DNA of 48,254 nt, taken from positions 1-48,254 of the forward strand of contig CALMZY010000386.1 in assembly GCA_937870865.1 (NCBI GenBank), in the 5' to 3' direction. The notes beneath the pieces were generated by a model that was not told the DNA's origin, did not search any database, and was given only the letters and a program-made list of their open reading frames with translations. The stretch comes from an uncultured Lentisphaerota bacterium (GTDB lineage: Bacteria; Verrucomicrobiota; Kiritimatiellia; CAIQIC01; JAGNIJ01). Made by a program: the position numbers and the translations under genes. Positions 19,173 through 27,603 of the stretch are shown piece after piece (position 1 is the first letter of the stretch; each line of letters begins with the position of its first letter).

Positions 19173-19308
19173 GGCCGTAATTTTCAAGTTTCAAGACGGA
19201 TGTTTCAAGTTAAATCTTTGTGGCTCACGAGTTTATGATTAACTTCGTGACTGCGAGCGACTTGGATGGCCTCAAAAACGGCTTTTCCGGCGGCTCACAC
19301 CCGTGAGG

Positions 19309-19986
19309 TCACGCGTTCAATGAGTCGAATGCCGCCCGCGCCTCGGCGACGAAACGGCGAACCTTGTCTCGATCCTTGCGTCCGTCCGGCCCCTCGACGC
19401 CTGTGTGTGCATCCACGCCCGCGGGTCGGACCTGCTCGATGGCCTGCCTGACGTTGTCCGGGTTGAGACCTCCCGCGAGGAGGATCGGCCGCTGGGAACA
19501 CTCGACCAGTTTCCTGCTCACGTTCCAGTCGTGGGTTTTGCCCGTGGCGCCGCACGCGCCGGTCGCGGGATCAAACGTATCCGTGATGAACGCGTCCGCC
19601 CACGCGGCGTATTGGCGCCCGATGCCCTTCAAGGTCTCGAAGTTGCCCGAACGGATCACCAGGCTCTTGAGCATGTAAAGGTCCGGCGCGAGCGTCTTCA
19701 AACGCACCACTTCCGCGAGCGGGGTATCGCCGTGGAGTTGAACCGTCGTCACGCCGATTTTCCTGCATAACGCGAGAACCGCTTCCGCCGTCCGCAGGTA
19801 GGTGATGAGCACGGCGCGGTTCGGCAGGACAATGCCGCGGATGATTTCCGCCGCCTGCTCTTCGGAAAGATCCTCGCGGTGTACCGTCAGGCGCAACGGA
19901 AAGCCGATCCAGTCCACGCCCTCCGCAATGAGCATCTCCGCTTCCTCACGGTCGACGACTCCGGCAATCTGGATAATGCCGCGCAC
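19309..19986 (-). CDS. trpF: Phosphoribosylanthranilate isomerase
   Basis: IQIAGVVDREEA, TTVQLHGDTP, GATGKTHDW and LLAGGLNPDNV...VDAHTGVEGPDGRKD match the PRAI pattern. Confidence 0.8.
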   Translation of the reverse strand: MRGIIQIAGVVDREEAEMLIAEGVDWIGFPLRLTVHREDLSEEQAAEIIRGIVLPNRAVLITYLRTAEAVLALCRKIGVTTVQLHGDTPLAEVVRLKTLAPDLYMLKSLVIRSGNFETLKGIGRQYAAWADAFITDTFDPATGACGATGKTHDWNVSRKLVECSQRPILLAGGLNPDNVRQAIEQVRPAGVDAHTGVEGPDGRKDRDKVRRFVAEARAAFDSLNA

Positions 19987-20057
19987 GGGTGTACTCCATC
20001 ACATCAGCCAGGGAACTGAGGCGGCCGCCGACGGCCTCAATGGCCTGGCTCTCTTTT

Positions 20058-20315
20058 CTATTGCTTGTAGACGTCTTGGCGAGGACCAACGACGACGACA
20101 AGAATCCTGAGTTCCTTGTCGTTGATTTCGTAAATAACACGGTATGTGCCCACGCGAATACGCCAGGCATTGCGACCGCTGAGTTTCTTGGCTCCGGGTG
20201 GGCGAGGGTTCGCGGCGAGATTCTGAATGGCTTCGGTCAGCCGCTCTCGGTGAGGGGACGTGATTCGCGCGAGGCTCTTTGCTGCAGAGCGCTCGATCAG
20301 AATCTGATAGGTCAC
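20058..20315 (-). CDS. relE: Type II toxin, RelE/ParE superfamily
   Basis: 85 aa. ...KLSGRNAWRIRVGTYRVIYEINDKELRILVVVVGPRQDVY is a typical RelE/StbE-like C-terminus. It overlaps the upstream small antitoxin ORF by 4 nt. Confidence 0.8.
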   Translation of the reverse strand: MTYQILIERSAAKSLARITSPHRERLTEAIQNLAANPRPPGAKKLSGRNAWRIRVGTYRVIYEINDKELRILVVVVGPRQDVYKQ

Positions 20316-20518
20316 GGGGACTCTCCCCGTTCAATCCGTTTGACCACAGATTCAAAAGGAACAGGATCAGAGGGCTGGGACTTCGCCTCGTCTAAAGAGC
20401 GAATGTCCTCCAATTCCTCGAGTTCCTCCATGATCTGTTGCCATTCGGCAAACGGGAGCATGACGGCTTTCTTCTCGTTCTTTTCGCCTATGACGAATTC
20501 TGGATGTATCGCTACCAT
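20312..20518 (-). CDS. Cognate antitoxin (Phd/RelB-like small acidic protein)
   Basis: MVAIHPEFVIGEKNEKKAVMLPFAEWQQIMEELEELEDIRSLDEAK... It sits immediately upstream of, and overlaps, the toxin. An alternative ATG exists at 20548. Confidence 0.6.
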   Translation of the reverse strand: MVAIHPEFVIGEKNEKKAVMLPFAEWQQIMEELEELEDIRSLDEAKSQPSDPVPFESVVKRIERGESP

Positions 20519-20645
20519 GTTCCACCCCTGGTCGGAAGAGTACCCCATGCGTGCTTTTTTTCAATATCTCATCCTGGAGCGAACGATCCATTTGAGATTT
20601 GCGATTTCCGAGTGGCGGGCGTATTGAAGGCGGGAGCATCTCCTC

Positions 20646-21848
20646 ATGAAGAACGTCACGGTAACGTTGAAGCAGGGCCGCGAGCGGCCAGTCGCGCATG
20701 GGCATCCGTGGGTGTTCTCCGGGGCGATCGCCGGAGTGGAAGGCGCGGCCGAAGTCGGCGACGTGGCCGACGTTGTCACAAACCGCGGCGAATGGCTGGC
20801 CCGCGGTCTGATCCATCCGGATGCCGCCCTGTCGGTTCGTCTGTACACCCGGCAGCAGGATCAGGCTCTGGATGCGGTCTTCTTCGCGGCCCGCGCGGAG
20901 AACGCGCTGGCGTTCCGCGACCAGCTTTTTGGGGATGCCGAGACGCGGCAGAACACGAACTCGTACCGCCTGATCTACTCCGAGTCCGACGGCCTCTCCG
21001 GCTTGATCGTTGACCGCTACGCCGACGTTCTCTCTGTGCAGGTCAGCGCCAAGGCGCTTCTGCCTTTTCTCGACGGAATCCTGAAATGCGTCAAGGATCG
21101 GACGGGCATCGAGCGCGTTCATGTTGTCGCGGACGAGGATTCGGTGGAGCGCGAGAAACTCGATTCGACTGCCCTGCCGGGCGCCTTTCCGGAAAACGCG
21201 CCGCCGGTTCGAATCCGCGAGAACGGATTTCTGTTCGATGTGGACCTGGGGTCTGGCCAGAAGACCGGCTACTTCCTCGATCAGCGTGTGAACCGCGTGC
21301 GCGCGGCGTCGTACGCGCGCGGCCGCCGCGTGTTGAGCGCGTACTGCTACACCGGCGCGTTCGAAGTGCATGCCGCCGCGGCCGGCGCGGCGAAGATCCT
21401 CGGCGTGGACAGGTCCGAGGCCGCGCTGGCCCGCGCGCGCGAGAACGTGGCGCTGAACCGCTCGGCGGTCCCCGTGGAGTATCTCAAGGCGGATGTTCCG
21501 GATGCGTTGCGCCGATTCCGGGACACCGGCGAGACTTTCGACATGATCATCCTGGACCCGCCGCGCTTTGTCGCCAACCGCTCGCAGGTGGAGAAAGGGC
21601 TTCGGGCCTACAAGGACATCAACCTGCTCGCCATGAAACTGCTCACGCCCGGCGGCATCCTGGCCTCGTTCTCCTGCTCCGGCCAGGTATCCGCCGCGGA
21701 CTTCAAAACCATGATCGGCTGGTCGTCCGTCGACGCCGGGCGCAACGTGAAGATCATCGAGACCCTGAGCCAGCCGCCCGACCATCCCGTACTCGCCGTT
21801 TTTCCCGAAAGCGAGTACTTGAAGGGCGTCATCTGCCGGGTGGAGTGA
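20646..21848 (+). CDS. rlmI: 23S rRNA (cytosine-C5)-methyltransferase RlmI-like (PUA + class I SAM MTase)
   Basis: 400 aa. The N-terminus is ...LKQGRERPVAHGHPWVFSGAI. SAM-MTase core has VLSAYCYTGAF and FDMIILDPPRF. The C-terminus is ...FPESEYLKGVICRVE. Confidence 0.85.
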   Translation: MKNVTVTLKQGRERPVAHGHPWVFSGAIAGVEGAAEVGDVADVVTNRGEWLARGLIHPDAALSVRLYTRQQDQALDAVFFAARAENALAFRDQLFGDAETRQNTNSYRLIYSESDGLSGLIVDRYADVLSVQVSAKALLPFLDGILKCVKDRTGIERVHVVADEDSVEREKLDSTALPGAFPENAPPVRIRENGFLFDVDLGSGQKTGYFLDQRVNRVRAASYARGRRVLSAYCYTGAFEVHAAAAGAAKILGVDRSEAALARARENVALNRSAVPVEYLKADVPDALRRFRDTGETFDMIILDPPRFVANRSQVEKGLRAYKDINLLAMKLLTPGGILASFSCSGQVSAADFKTMIGWSSVDAGRNVKIIETLSQPPDHPVLAVFPESEYLKGVICRVE

Positions 21849-21911
21849 CAGAAGTAGGCGATGGCTTTTCCGTCGCCGCCGTGGTATTCTGACAGAAGAA
21901 GTGGAGGTCAC

Positions 21912-22133
21912 ATGACGAGACAATTAACCGCGATTATCGAGAGAGAGGGCGACGGGTACGTGGCTCTTTGCCCCGAGTTGGATATAGCCAGTCAAGGTGA
22001 CTCCATTGATGAGGCCAGGAAGAACCTTCAGGAAGCTCTTGAGTTGTTCTTCGAAGCCGCGTCCCCCGAGGAAATCAAGTCCCGCCTGCACGGAGAGGTC
22101 TACGTTACACAAGTCGAGGTGGCGGTTGGGTAA
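21912..22133 (+). CDS. hicB: HicB-family (UPF0150) antitoxin-like protein
   Basis: MTRQLTAIIEREGDGYVALCPELDIASQGDSIDEARKNLQEALELFFE is the classic HicB N-domain. GGAGG lies 5 nt upstream of ATG 21912. Confidence 0.7.
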   Translation: MTRQLTAIIEREGDGYVALCPELDIASQGDSIDEARKNLQEALELFFEAASPEEIKSRLHGEVYVTQVEVAVG

Positions 22134-22289
22134 ACTCCTGCCGCGCGTCGGGTTCTTCGTCTGGTGTCCCAGAGGTTTTCCGGCACTGTTTGGCAATGTA
22201 GACGCGGCTTCCAGCCGCGTCAGGAAGCTGCAGGGTGCCGCTTCTACGACACCGCCCTGTGCAAGATTGTTCTCGGGACACAACACTAG
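22126..22289 (+). pseudogene. Possible degraded HicA-like toxin remnant
   Basis: TTG-GGT-AAA... gives (M)GKLLPRV, which overlaps the hicB stop as in hicBA pairs. A second frame then reads RRVLRLVSQRFSG...RGF and resembles the HicA N-terminus only if a frameshift is allowed. The match is weak. Confidence 0.2.
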
Positions 22290-22528
22290 AGCTCCGCGTC
22301 ATCCATGACGACAGACGCTTTGCACTTCAAGGCTCTGGCGAGTCGGATCAGATTTTCAACGGAGATGTTCTGCTCCCCGCGCTCGACCAATCCGATGTAG
22401 TTACGATGGACATCGGCGATTTCCGCGAGCTTTTCCTGGGATAGAGAAAGAGAGCCTCGCCTCTTCCTGATTGCGAGGCCGAGGCGAATCAGGTCGACAG
22501 ATTTGCGCTTCGTCGCCTTGGATTTCAC
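22286..22528 (-). CDS. XRE-family helix-turn-helix transcriptional regulator
   Basis: 80 aa. LGLAIRKRRGSLSLSQEKLAEIADVHRNYIGLVERGEQNISVENLIRLARAL is a canonical HTH_3/XRE motif. Confidence 0.8.
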   Translation of the reverse strand: MKSKATKRKSVDLIRLGLAIRKRRGSLSLSQEKLAEIADVHRNYIGLVERGEQNISVENLIRLARALKCKASVVMDDAEL

Positions 22529-22610
22529 CGGCGGAAATCATGGAGGCTGTACATGGAACGGGCTACACACTATAGTAGTGCATCATTCGACAAGTAAGGA
22601 GGAGGGACAT

Positions 22611-23501
22611 ATGAAGTCTGGGATCCTTGTAGCGTCACTGATTGCGATCTTCCCGTTTGTAAGCCAGGCGGAACAAACCGGTGTAATATCCTCATTCGAC
22701 AACAGCGGCATGATGACCATCCTCGGGTTCCAAGCTGGGACAACCGCGACGATTGAGTGGGCATCCTCGCTATCCGATCCGATTCGCACGAACTGGTACA
22801 CGTTGGGTCAGGCCGTGGTGACCAACTTCTCCAGTTCGACCGAGTGGCCGATGTTCTTTCGAGCACGGGGAGCACCTGATACGAACCTTCTTAATGGGCT
22901 GATTGCCTAGTATCCCTTTAATGGGGATGCGAATGACCAGAGCGGAAATGGATTCAACGGAACGGTATCTGGAGCAGCACTCACAAGTGACCGTTTCGGC
23001 AGAGCGTCCTCTGCGTACTACTTCAATGGGAGCGCCAAGATTGCCATCCCAAATGGCATGTACACGCCAACTGTAGAAGGTCTGACGATCTCGGTGTGGG
23101 TAAAGTCGGATAATGCAAGTGCCGTGAAGAACGCGATATTCCTGGCGCCGGAAGACGGCGAGTGTGCCATACGCTGCACGTCAACCAATGTTGAATTCGC
23201 GGCTAAACTGAACGATGAAGCCTACTACTACCTGCGGGTGCCGTCTGACGCGAACGACACTCATATTGCCTGCGTGTATCGAAAGAATCAGTATCTGAAC
23301 CTGTACAGGAACGGCATTCTAGTTGCGACTACGAACATCACAAACACAGGTCTATGGAACACGGGGTTTGGATTCGGTTCCAGCATTGGGTCGTACTACA
23401 ATGTTTCGGACTATTTTGTTGGCACCATTGATGATGTTCGCATTTACGGACGCGCCCTGTCTTCAAATGAAGTTTGGAATCTGTCGCGATTGCCATACTA
23501 G
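22611..23501 (+). pseudogene. Secreted LamG/concanavalin-A-like lectin-domain protein interrupted by a single in-frame TAG at 22908-22910
   Basis: AAGGAGG RBS precedes ATG 22611, and the product has a signal peptide (MKSGILVASLIAIFPFVSQA). The frame continues through the TAG as ...LLNGLIA*YPFNGDANDQSGNGFNGTVSGAALTSDRFGRASSAYYFNG.... This is the usual start of Laminin_G_3-type domains (normally ..AYYPFNG..). Track ORF 23058-23501 is in the same frame. Confidence 0.6.
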
Positions 23502-23520
23502 CTAGTGCCAAAGGGGCGAC

Positions 23521-23748
23521 ATGGCCACGATTACCATACCGGCTGTTCATTCCGGACAAATTCAGGCGCTGGGACTTCGGAAGCCTCTCGCTAAACTGAG
23601 CATTAAGCGCGTAACGACAGCGGTTCGCAAGTATCTGAGAGTTCAGAAGTTCGCGGCAGTTGTTTCCTGCGATGCTGTATGGGTTAACGGATCATGGCAT
23701 GGAACATGTACGCTTGGAAACGTGTCGCATCCGTTTCAAGTAAGCTGA
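23521..23748 (+). CDS. Hypothetical small protein
   Basis: 75-aa ORF with AGGGG 4 nt upstream of the ATG. No recognisable motif. Confidence 0.3.
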   Translation: MATITIPAVHSGQIQALGLRKPLAKLSIKRVTTAVRKYLRVQKFAAVVSCDAVWVNGSWHGTCTLGNVSHPFQVS

Positions 23749-23802
23749 GTGACGGGCCGGTTCTATCACGCTATGCGCCTCGATCTCGCGGGTGATTTCA
23801 AG

Positions 23803-23938
23803 GATCGGCTGGTCATCCGTCGACGCCGGGCGCAACGTGAAGATCCTGGAGACCCTGAGCCAGCCGCCGGACCATCCTGTGCTGGCCGTCTTCCCTGAAA
23901 GCGAATACCTGAAAGGCGTCATCTGCCGAATCGAGTAA
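23803..23938 (+). pseudogene. Orphan duplicate of the rlmI 3' end (last ~45 codons)
   Basis: It aligns without gaps to 21713-21848. I count about 17 differences in 136 nt, almost all at third codon positions. It encodes IGWSSVDAGRNVKILETLSQPPDHPVLAVFPESEYLKGVICRIE*, against ...KIIETL...ICRVE* in the intact gene. Confidence 0.85.
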
Positions 23939-23942
23939 ACAC

Positions 23943-23962
23943 CACCACAATATATTGTGGTG
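23943..23962. repeat. Perfect 20-bp palindrome CACCACAATATATTGTGGTG
   Basis: Checked base by base. It lies 5 nt after the stop of the rlmI remnant. Confidence 0.8.
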
Positions 23963-24081
23963 ACACTGTCAGGCTTAATGCTGTATATAGATTTCAAGGG
24001 ACCGGTGCCTAATTTTCTGTTGATCGGTCACACGATGTTCCTTAGTTTTTTGTTAAATCTCGAGCAGAGGTGTGTTGCCGC

Positions 24082-24282
24082 ATGAGAAGTGACGATGTAA
24101 GGCCATCTCGCGAGTGTGGTGCCGACTGGGTCAAGACCACGCGGCTTGTCCGGCAGTGGGAGGACATGAAGCGTGAGATTTCGCTTCATAAGTACTACGA
24201 AAGCCAGAAGGCCGGCCATGACATCGGTTGGGAACGCGCCACGGTGGATTGGATGATCCGATTCGGCAGCAAGAAGTCGTAG
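24082..24282 (+). CDS. Hypothetical small protein
   Basis: ORF with the C-terminal motif KYYESQKAGHDIGWERATVDWMIRFG. The start is uncertain (GTG 24070, ATG 24082 or ATG 24166). I cannot name a family. Confidence 0.3.
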   Translation: MRSDDVRPSRECGADWVKTTRLVRQWEDMKREISLHKYYESQKAGHDIGWERATVDWMIRFGSKKS

Positions 24283-24507
24283 ACCCTCTATTCCTTATCC
24301 CAAGGAAGAACTACCGCGGAGACACAGAGAACAGACGGACTTTATCGCAAAAACCGTTTCCCTTTTTGCGCCTTTCGCGTATTTCGTAGTTTCCTCTTCC
24401 GCAGGCTCGTTTTCGGCCTACTTTCAACTCGCCTTGCATCTCTTCCCCCGGTAGCCTGATGTGTATAAGCCGTTGCGATGCTTCGATCAGTACATCAGGG
24501 GGAGGTT

Positions 24508-25131
24508 ATGAGGCGAAAGGCTTTTGTTGTCTTTGGGGTGCTGCTCCAAACCTCTTTCTTTACCGGCTGCGCTTCGCGCGGCCCCATCGTCTATCAACCT
24601 CCTCCGCTGACTGCCGCCGAACGGGAGGAGATCCAGACTCGCACGTTCGACACGAACTTCGACACCGCGTTCTCCGCCGTGATCGCCGTCCTCCAGGATA
24701 ACGCCTGGGACATTCAGGATGTTCAGAAGGACAGCGGCCTGATCATGGCGTACACGAAGAAACGTCCGGACACGATCGGGCCTTCGGAGGACTGGCGACG
24801 GGATCACGACGCGAAGAAGAGGGCGAAGCCCCGGAAGGAAGGCGACGAGTCGATCATCAACCAGTGGACGCGCTGGGAAAAGCTGACCGCGCACATCGAG
24901 CCCTGGGGCGGCGGCCGGTCGCGCGTCCGCATTTCCATCGTCAATTTCGGCGCGCTTCCCGCCGTGACCTACAGCTACCCGGTCAACTCCCTCTTCACCC
25001 GCAAGAACATCACGGTCAACGCGCAGGCCACGGAAGAGCAGGTGGTGGTCGAGGATCCTGTGCCGTACACACGGGAATTTTCGAAGATCGAAAAGGCGGT
25101 TGAGGACCGCCAGAAGAACGCATCCCAGTAA
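24508..25131 (+). CDS. Lipoprotein of unknown function (locus gene 1)
   Basis: GGGGGAGG RBS. The signal plus lipobox is MRRKAFVVFGVLLQTSFFTGC. The mature part has an alpha/beta pattern (FDTAFSAVIAVLQDNAWDIQDVQKDSGLIMA) seen in many small envelope lipoproteins. Confidence 0.7.
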   Translation: MRRKAFVVFGVLLQTSFFTGCASRGPIVYQPPPLTAAEREEIQTRTFDTNFDTAFSAVIAVLQDNAWDIQDVQKDSGLIMAYTKKRPDTIGPSEDWRRDHDAKKRAKPRKEGDESIINQWTRWEKLTAHIEPWGGGRSRVRISIVNFGALPAVTYSYPVNSLFTRKNITVNAQATEEQVVVEDPVPYTREFSKIEKAVEDRQKNASQ

Positions 25132-25145
25132 CAGGAGTGGCGCTT

Positions 25146-27599
25146 GTGAAAAACCTTACTGTCCGCATGGTTCTTCCGGTTTTGTTCGCGCTTGCGGCCG
25201 CATTCCTGCCGGGCGGGTGCGCGACGACGGACGAGGCCTACTTTCTGAACACCGAGTCCGAGGCCAACGTGTTCGTCGCGCCGGTGCCGTGCCCGATCTG
25301 GAAAGTGGCGGTCATGCCGTTCAAGGGGCCCACGGACCTGATCGGTTCGTCCGTGTCCGACATGTTCGTCACGGAAATGCTGCGCGCGGGCCGCTATGAA
25401 CTGGTCGAACGCAGCCAGATGTCCAAGGTCCTCAGCGAGTCCGAGCTCTCGCTGGCCGGCCTGTCCCTGTCCAAGGCGACGGAGGTGGGCAGCATGCTCG
25501 GCGCGGACGGCGTGATCATCGGAACGGTGGACGAATACAGCACGGTGGCCTACCGCGGCGCGGCGTTTCCCGTGGTCGGGATCACCGTCCGGCTGATCGA
25601 CTGCAAGAGCGGCAAGGTGATGTGGAGCGTGGACCTCGCCAAGCGGGCGGACAGCAAGAGCGCCACGCTTTCGGAACACGCACGCGATGTCGTTCATGAA
25701 ATGACCGCGGGGCTCTACAAGAAGTGGGGTGTCCAGCGGAAGGTTCCGCGGCCCGTCGAGACGGCCTCGTCGGCCCGCGAGGAATCCCCGGACGCCGTCG
25801 TCGGAATGACCGCGGAACCCGAGCAACCCCCGAAACCGCCGTGCGGCCTGAAACTTTCCGACATGGGCCTGCGCGAAGTCACGATCACGTGGACCGCTCC
25901 GTCCGACAACGCCAGCCAGTTCAAGATCGAGCGAGCGGACAAGGCCGACGGGCCCTTCACGCTTCTGGGCAAGACCTCGGCGGGCCGCGGGGAATACGTG
26001 GACGACGAGGGCCTGGAGGACAGCACCGTCTATTACTACCGCGTGACCGCGGTCTCCGCGAGCGGGCTGCAAAGCGCGCCGTCGGACGTGGTCGAAAGCA
26101 TGACCGCGCCGCCGCCGGAGCCGCCGGCGGACATCCAGGCCGTGCCGGACGGTTCGAGGGCCGTCAAGGTGACGTGGGGCGCGCCGCCGTCGGAAGGCGT
26201 GACCCGGTACATCGTCGAACGCAACGATCCCGACGCGCCGGACCGCTTTATTAAGAGGGGCGAGGTGAAAGGTCTCGTTTTCCGCGAGGGCGGGACGGCG
26301 CAGTCCGATCTGCGGGACGAAACGAAGTACCTCTACCGCGTCACGTCGGTCAACCGCGTCGGGTCCGTCGGCCAGCCGTCGCCGCCGGTCGAGGTCGTCA
26401 CCGAGCCGCCGCCCGCGCCGGTCGCGGACCTGCAGGCCGTCAGCAGCGAGGTGCGATGCGTGCCCCTTTCGTGGAGCCCGAATCCGGAACCGGATATCGT
26501 CCGCTACGACATCTACCGGAAGGACAACGAGGAGACGCCCACCGCCAAAATCGCCTCCGTCAAGGCGCGCGAGACGAAGTACCTCGACGGCGGGCGCGAT
26601 CCGGGCAACCTGGAGGACGATCACACTTACCAGTACGCCATTGTTGCGGTCGACGCCGTGACCGCCGAGAGCAAGAGCTGCTCCCCCGTGTCGGCGACCA
26701 CGCGCAAACCGCCGCCGGTGGTCGAAGGCGTTGCCGCCACGTTCGGGCGGCCGCGGGAGGTGCCCCTGGCGTGGACGGTTTCGCCCGACGAAAAAGTGAC
26801 CGGCTATGACGTCCTTCGCGCCGCGCCCGACGGCGGGGACTTCGCCGTGATTGCGACGGTGAACGGCCGCGAGACCGCCGGATATGTCGACAAGGGCGGC
26901 GCGAAACCGGCGGCCCTTGGCCGGCTTCTCGACGGCACGGAGTACCGGTACCGGCTGGTCGCGTTCAACACCGCGCGCGCCGTGTCCGAGCCCTCCGAAA
27001 TTGTTTCCGCCACGACGAAGTTTGCGCCGGTCGCGCCGATCGAACTGGGCGCGACGACCAACCGGCCCAAGTCGGTGGAGATTTCGTGGAGCCCGAACGC
27101 CGAGATGGACATCAAGGAATACGTGGTCGAATCGGCAGCCGCCGGCACGGCCCGTTTCCGGGAGATCGCGCGCGTGCCTGCGCCGGAAGACGGACAGCCT
27201 TCCGCGACGGAATCGAAACTGCCGGATGGCGCGGGCCGCCTCTACCGCGTCAAGGCGATCGACACGGACACGCTCGAAAGCCCGTGGACGGAGCCGGTTG
27301 AAGGCGCGACCAAGCCTCTTCCTCTCCCGCCGACGGACTTGAAAGCGGAGTTGAACGAGGGCGGCGCCCTGCTGACGTGGACCCCGCCGGATCAGCCGGA
27401 TATCCAGGAGTACAGGATCTGGAAGAAGGGGTTTGTCATGGCCGATCTCTTCACGACGACCGAAGCGTCGGAGTACACATTGTCGTCAGCGGACATTGGA
27501 AAGAAACTGGTGGTCATGGTCAGCGCGGTGGACCAGGACGGCCTGGAAAGCGGGCGCACGGCGCCCGTGGAAATCCGGCCGCCTGCCCCGGAAAAATAA
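25146..27599 (+). CDS. Lipoprotein with an N-terminal CsgG/HfaB/LpoB-like module and six FN3-like repeats (locus gene 2)
   Basis: Lipobox LPGGC. KVAVMPFKGPTDLIGSSVSDMFVTEMLRAGRYELVERSQMSKVLSESELSLAGL...VGSMLGADGVIIGTV fits the CsgG-family signature as I recall it. Six ~95-aa units follow, with W/Y..Y.Y.V.A patterns (e.g. VTITWTAPSDNASQFKIERAD...STVYYYRVTAVSASG). I prefer start GTG 25146, 8 nt after AGGAG; the track uses 25137. Confidence 0.75.
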   Translation: MKNLTVRMVLPVLFALAAAFLPGGCATTDEAYFLNTESEANVFVAPVPCPIWKVAVMPFKGPTDLIGSSVSDMFVTEMLRAGRYELVERSQMSKVLSESELSLAGLSLSKATEVGSMLGADGVIIGTVDEYSTVAYRGAAFPVVGITVRLIDCKSGKVMWSVDLAKRADSKSATLSEHARDVVHEMTAGLYKKWGVQRKVPRPVETASSAREESPDAVVGMTAEPEQPPKPPCGLKLSDMGLREVTITWTAPSDNASQFKIERADKADGPFTLLGKTSAGRGEYVDDEGLEDSTVYYYRVTAVSASGLQSAPSDVVESMTAPPPEPPADIQAVPDGSRAVKVTWGAPPSEGVTRYIVERNDPDAPDRFIKRGEVKGLVFREGGTAQSDLRDETKYLYRVTSVNRVGSVGQPSPPVEVVTEPPPAPVADLQAVSSEVRCVPLSWSPNPEPDIVRYDIYRKDNEETPTAKIASVKARETKYLDGGRDPGNLEDDHTYQYAIVAVDAVTAESKSCSPVSATTRKPPPVVEGVAATFGRPREVPLAWTVSPDEKVTGYDVLRAAPDGGDFAVIATVNGRETAGYVDKGGAKPAALGRLLDGTEYRYRLVAFNTARAVSEPSEIVSATTKFAPVAPIELGATTNRPKSVEISWSPNAEMDIKEYVVESAAAGTARFREIARVPAPEDGQPSATESKLPDGAGRLYRVKAIDTDTLESPWTEPVEGATKPLPLPPTDLKAELNEGGALLTWTPPDQPDIQEYRIWKKGFVMADLFTTTEASEYTLSSADIGKKLVVMVSAVDQDGLESGRTAPVEIRPPAPEK

Positions 27600-27603
27600 A
27601 AAG

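Noticed and set aside
19190-19235. Three copies of TTGAAAC (minus strand) just upstream of the HPr-like gene, considered as an operator or promoter.
   Set aside because: No convincing -10 element at proper spacing, and the ATG is only a few nt away. The evidence is insufficient to call a regulatory site.
21205-21225. GGTTCGAATCC string resembling a tRNA T-loop.
   Set aside because: It lies inside the rlmI reading frame (PPVRIRENG). The flanking bases do not form a T-stem or an acceptor stem.
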